Source of the DNA: Octopus sinensis
Taxonomy: Eukaryota
DNA: 48,893 bases
Direction of reading: 5' to 3'
Assembly (NCBI RefSeq): GCF_006345805.1
Contig: NW_021834362.1
Span: forward strand, 1 to 48,893
Shown here: piece by piece, positions 48,207 through 48,893 of the stretch
Layout: each line of letters begins with the position of its first letter
Position numbering within the stretch: the first letter of the stretch is position 1
Translations under genes and position numbers: made by a program
Notes under the pieces: generated by a model
The model's input: only the letters and a program-made list of their open reading frames with translations
The model's database searches: none
Told to the model about the DNA's origin: nothing

Positions 48207-48893
48207 TCTATTATATAAAATCCGTTCTGTCTGTCTGTCTGTGTGTGTGTCTTCTAGGATCTCGGGCATCCTCCATCCGATTGCACTAAAATTTGATATG
48301 TAGATACCGACGGTATCAGGGCGTGTATAAGTCTTGAAACAATTTCAAAAATCGATTCCAGGTGAGAATGCGATCGATAAAGCCGTGGGAATGTGCATTT
48401 GTACGCGCAAGTACATCAGCTGTTGCGATCGATACTACGCGTACGCGAGAAAAATGCACGGTGTCTCAAATTCATGTTAAATCTGTGTTTCTCAAAGGGG
48501 AGGCCTTTGGGACGATCGGACAAGTTGTTTTGAGAAAATTTGGCTTAAATGTTTGACAACCCAGCACCGTCCATTGGACGGGGGGCGTTTTGCTCATACA
48601 TGCGAGTGAAATAAGATTCAGGTAAAAACCCTGTTGTTTGCTATGCGAAGCTCGTCTCCAGTTATGGTCTTATCTTTGATTTGTTTGTTTCTTCATTTCT
48701 GTATGTTGCGTTTTTCTTATAACTGTATTTTCCTGTCGCTATATTTATGAGTTCTGTATACTGTTGAAAATGACGCACTGCTTTGAGGATGCATTCTCCC
48801 ACTTAATGAAATGACTGAAATGACTGTGGGACCTGACGAAGAACTTATTAAAGCAATCACTTGGATGGATAATAATGATTACACATCTCACCA
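48207..48893 (+). mobile_element. Helitron/Helentron-like non-autonomous element, 5' part (runs off the window)
   Basis: A|TCTATTATATAAAA start, then a (GTCT)n/(GT)n tract and atccgattgcactaaaatttgatatg, an architecture typical of DINE-1/HINE-like elements. CpG-rich relative to its flanks. Confidence 0.6.

Overview
Eukaryotic, AT-rich, extremely microsatellite- and transposon-dense DNA. The SINE families and repeat landscape point to an octopus/coleoid cephalopod genome (inference). Only one host coding exon is well supported: a minus-strand, 235-nt homeobox exon (19364-19598) of the ANTP-class gene rough (Ro), with a clear splice acceptor and an ambiguous 3' end (splice donor or immediate stop). 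The rest is intronic/intergenic. It contains two tRNA-derived SINE families (about 17 copies or fragments), degraded Tx1/L1-like, RTE and Tc1/mariner elements, MITEs and a Helentron-like end. There are four fragments of Dong/R4-type restriction-like-endonuclease retrotransposons, three of them abutting (TAA)n arrays. Two copies of an unclassified ~550-bp non-coding element are also embedded in (TAA)n arrays. The most notable structure beyond annotation is an excess of inverted duplications and fold-backs: a 545-bp 98%-identical inverted copy inside a dead RTE element, a ~550-bp near-perfect palindrome, several 200-260-bp hairpin elements, and Penelope-type minimal hammerhead-ribozyme motifs. 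Almost all ORFs in the supplied track are microsatellite translations. Coordinates and identities were read by eye, and no database search was run.
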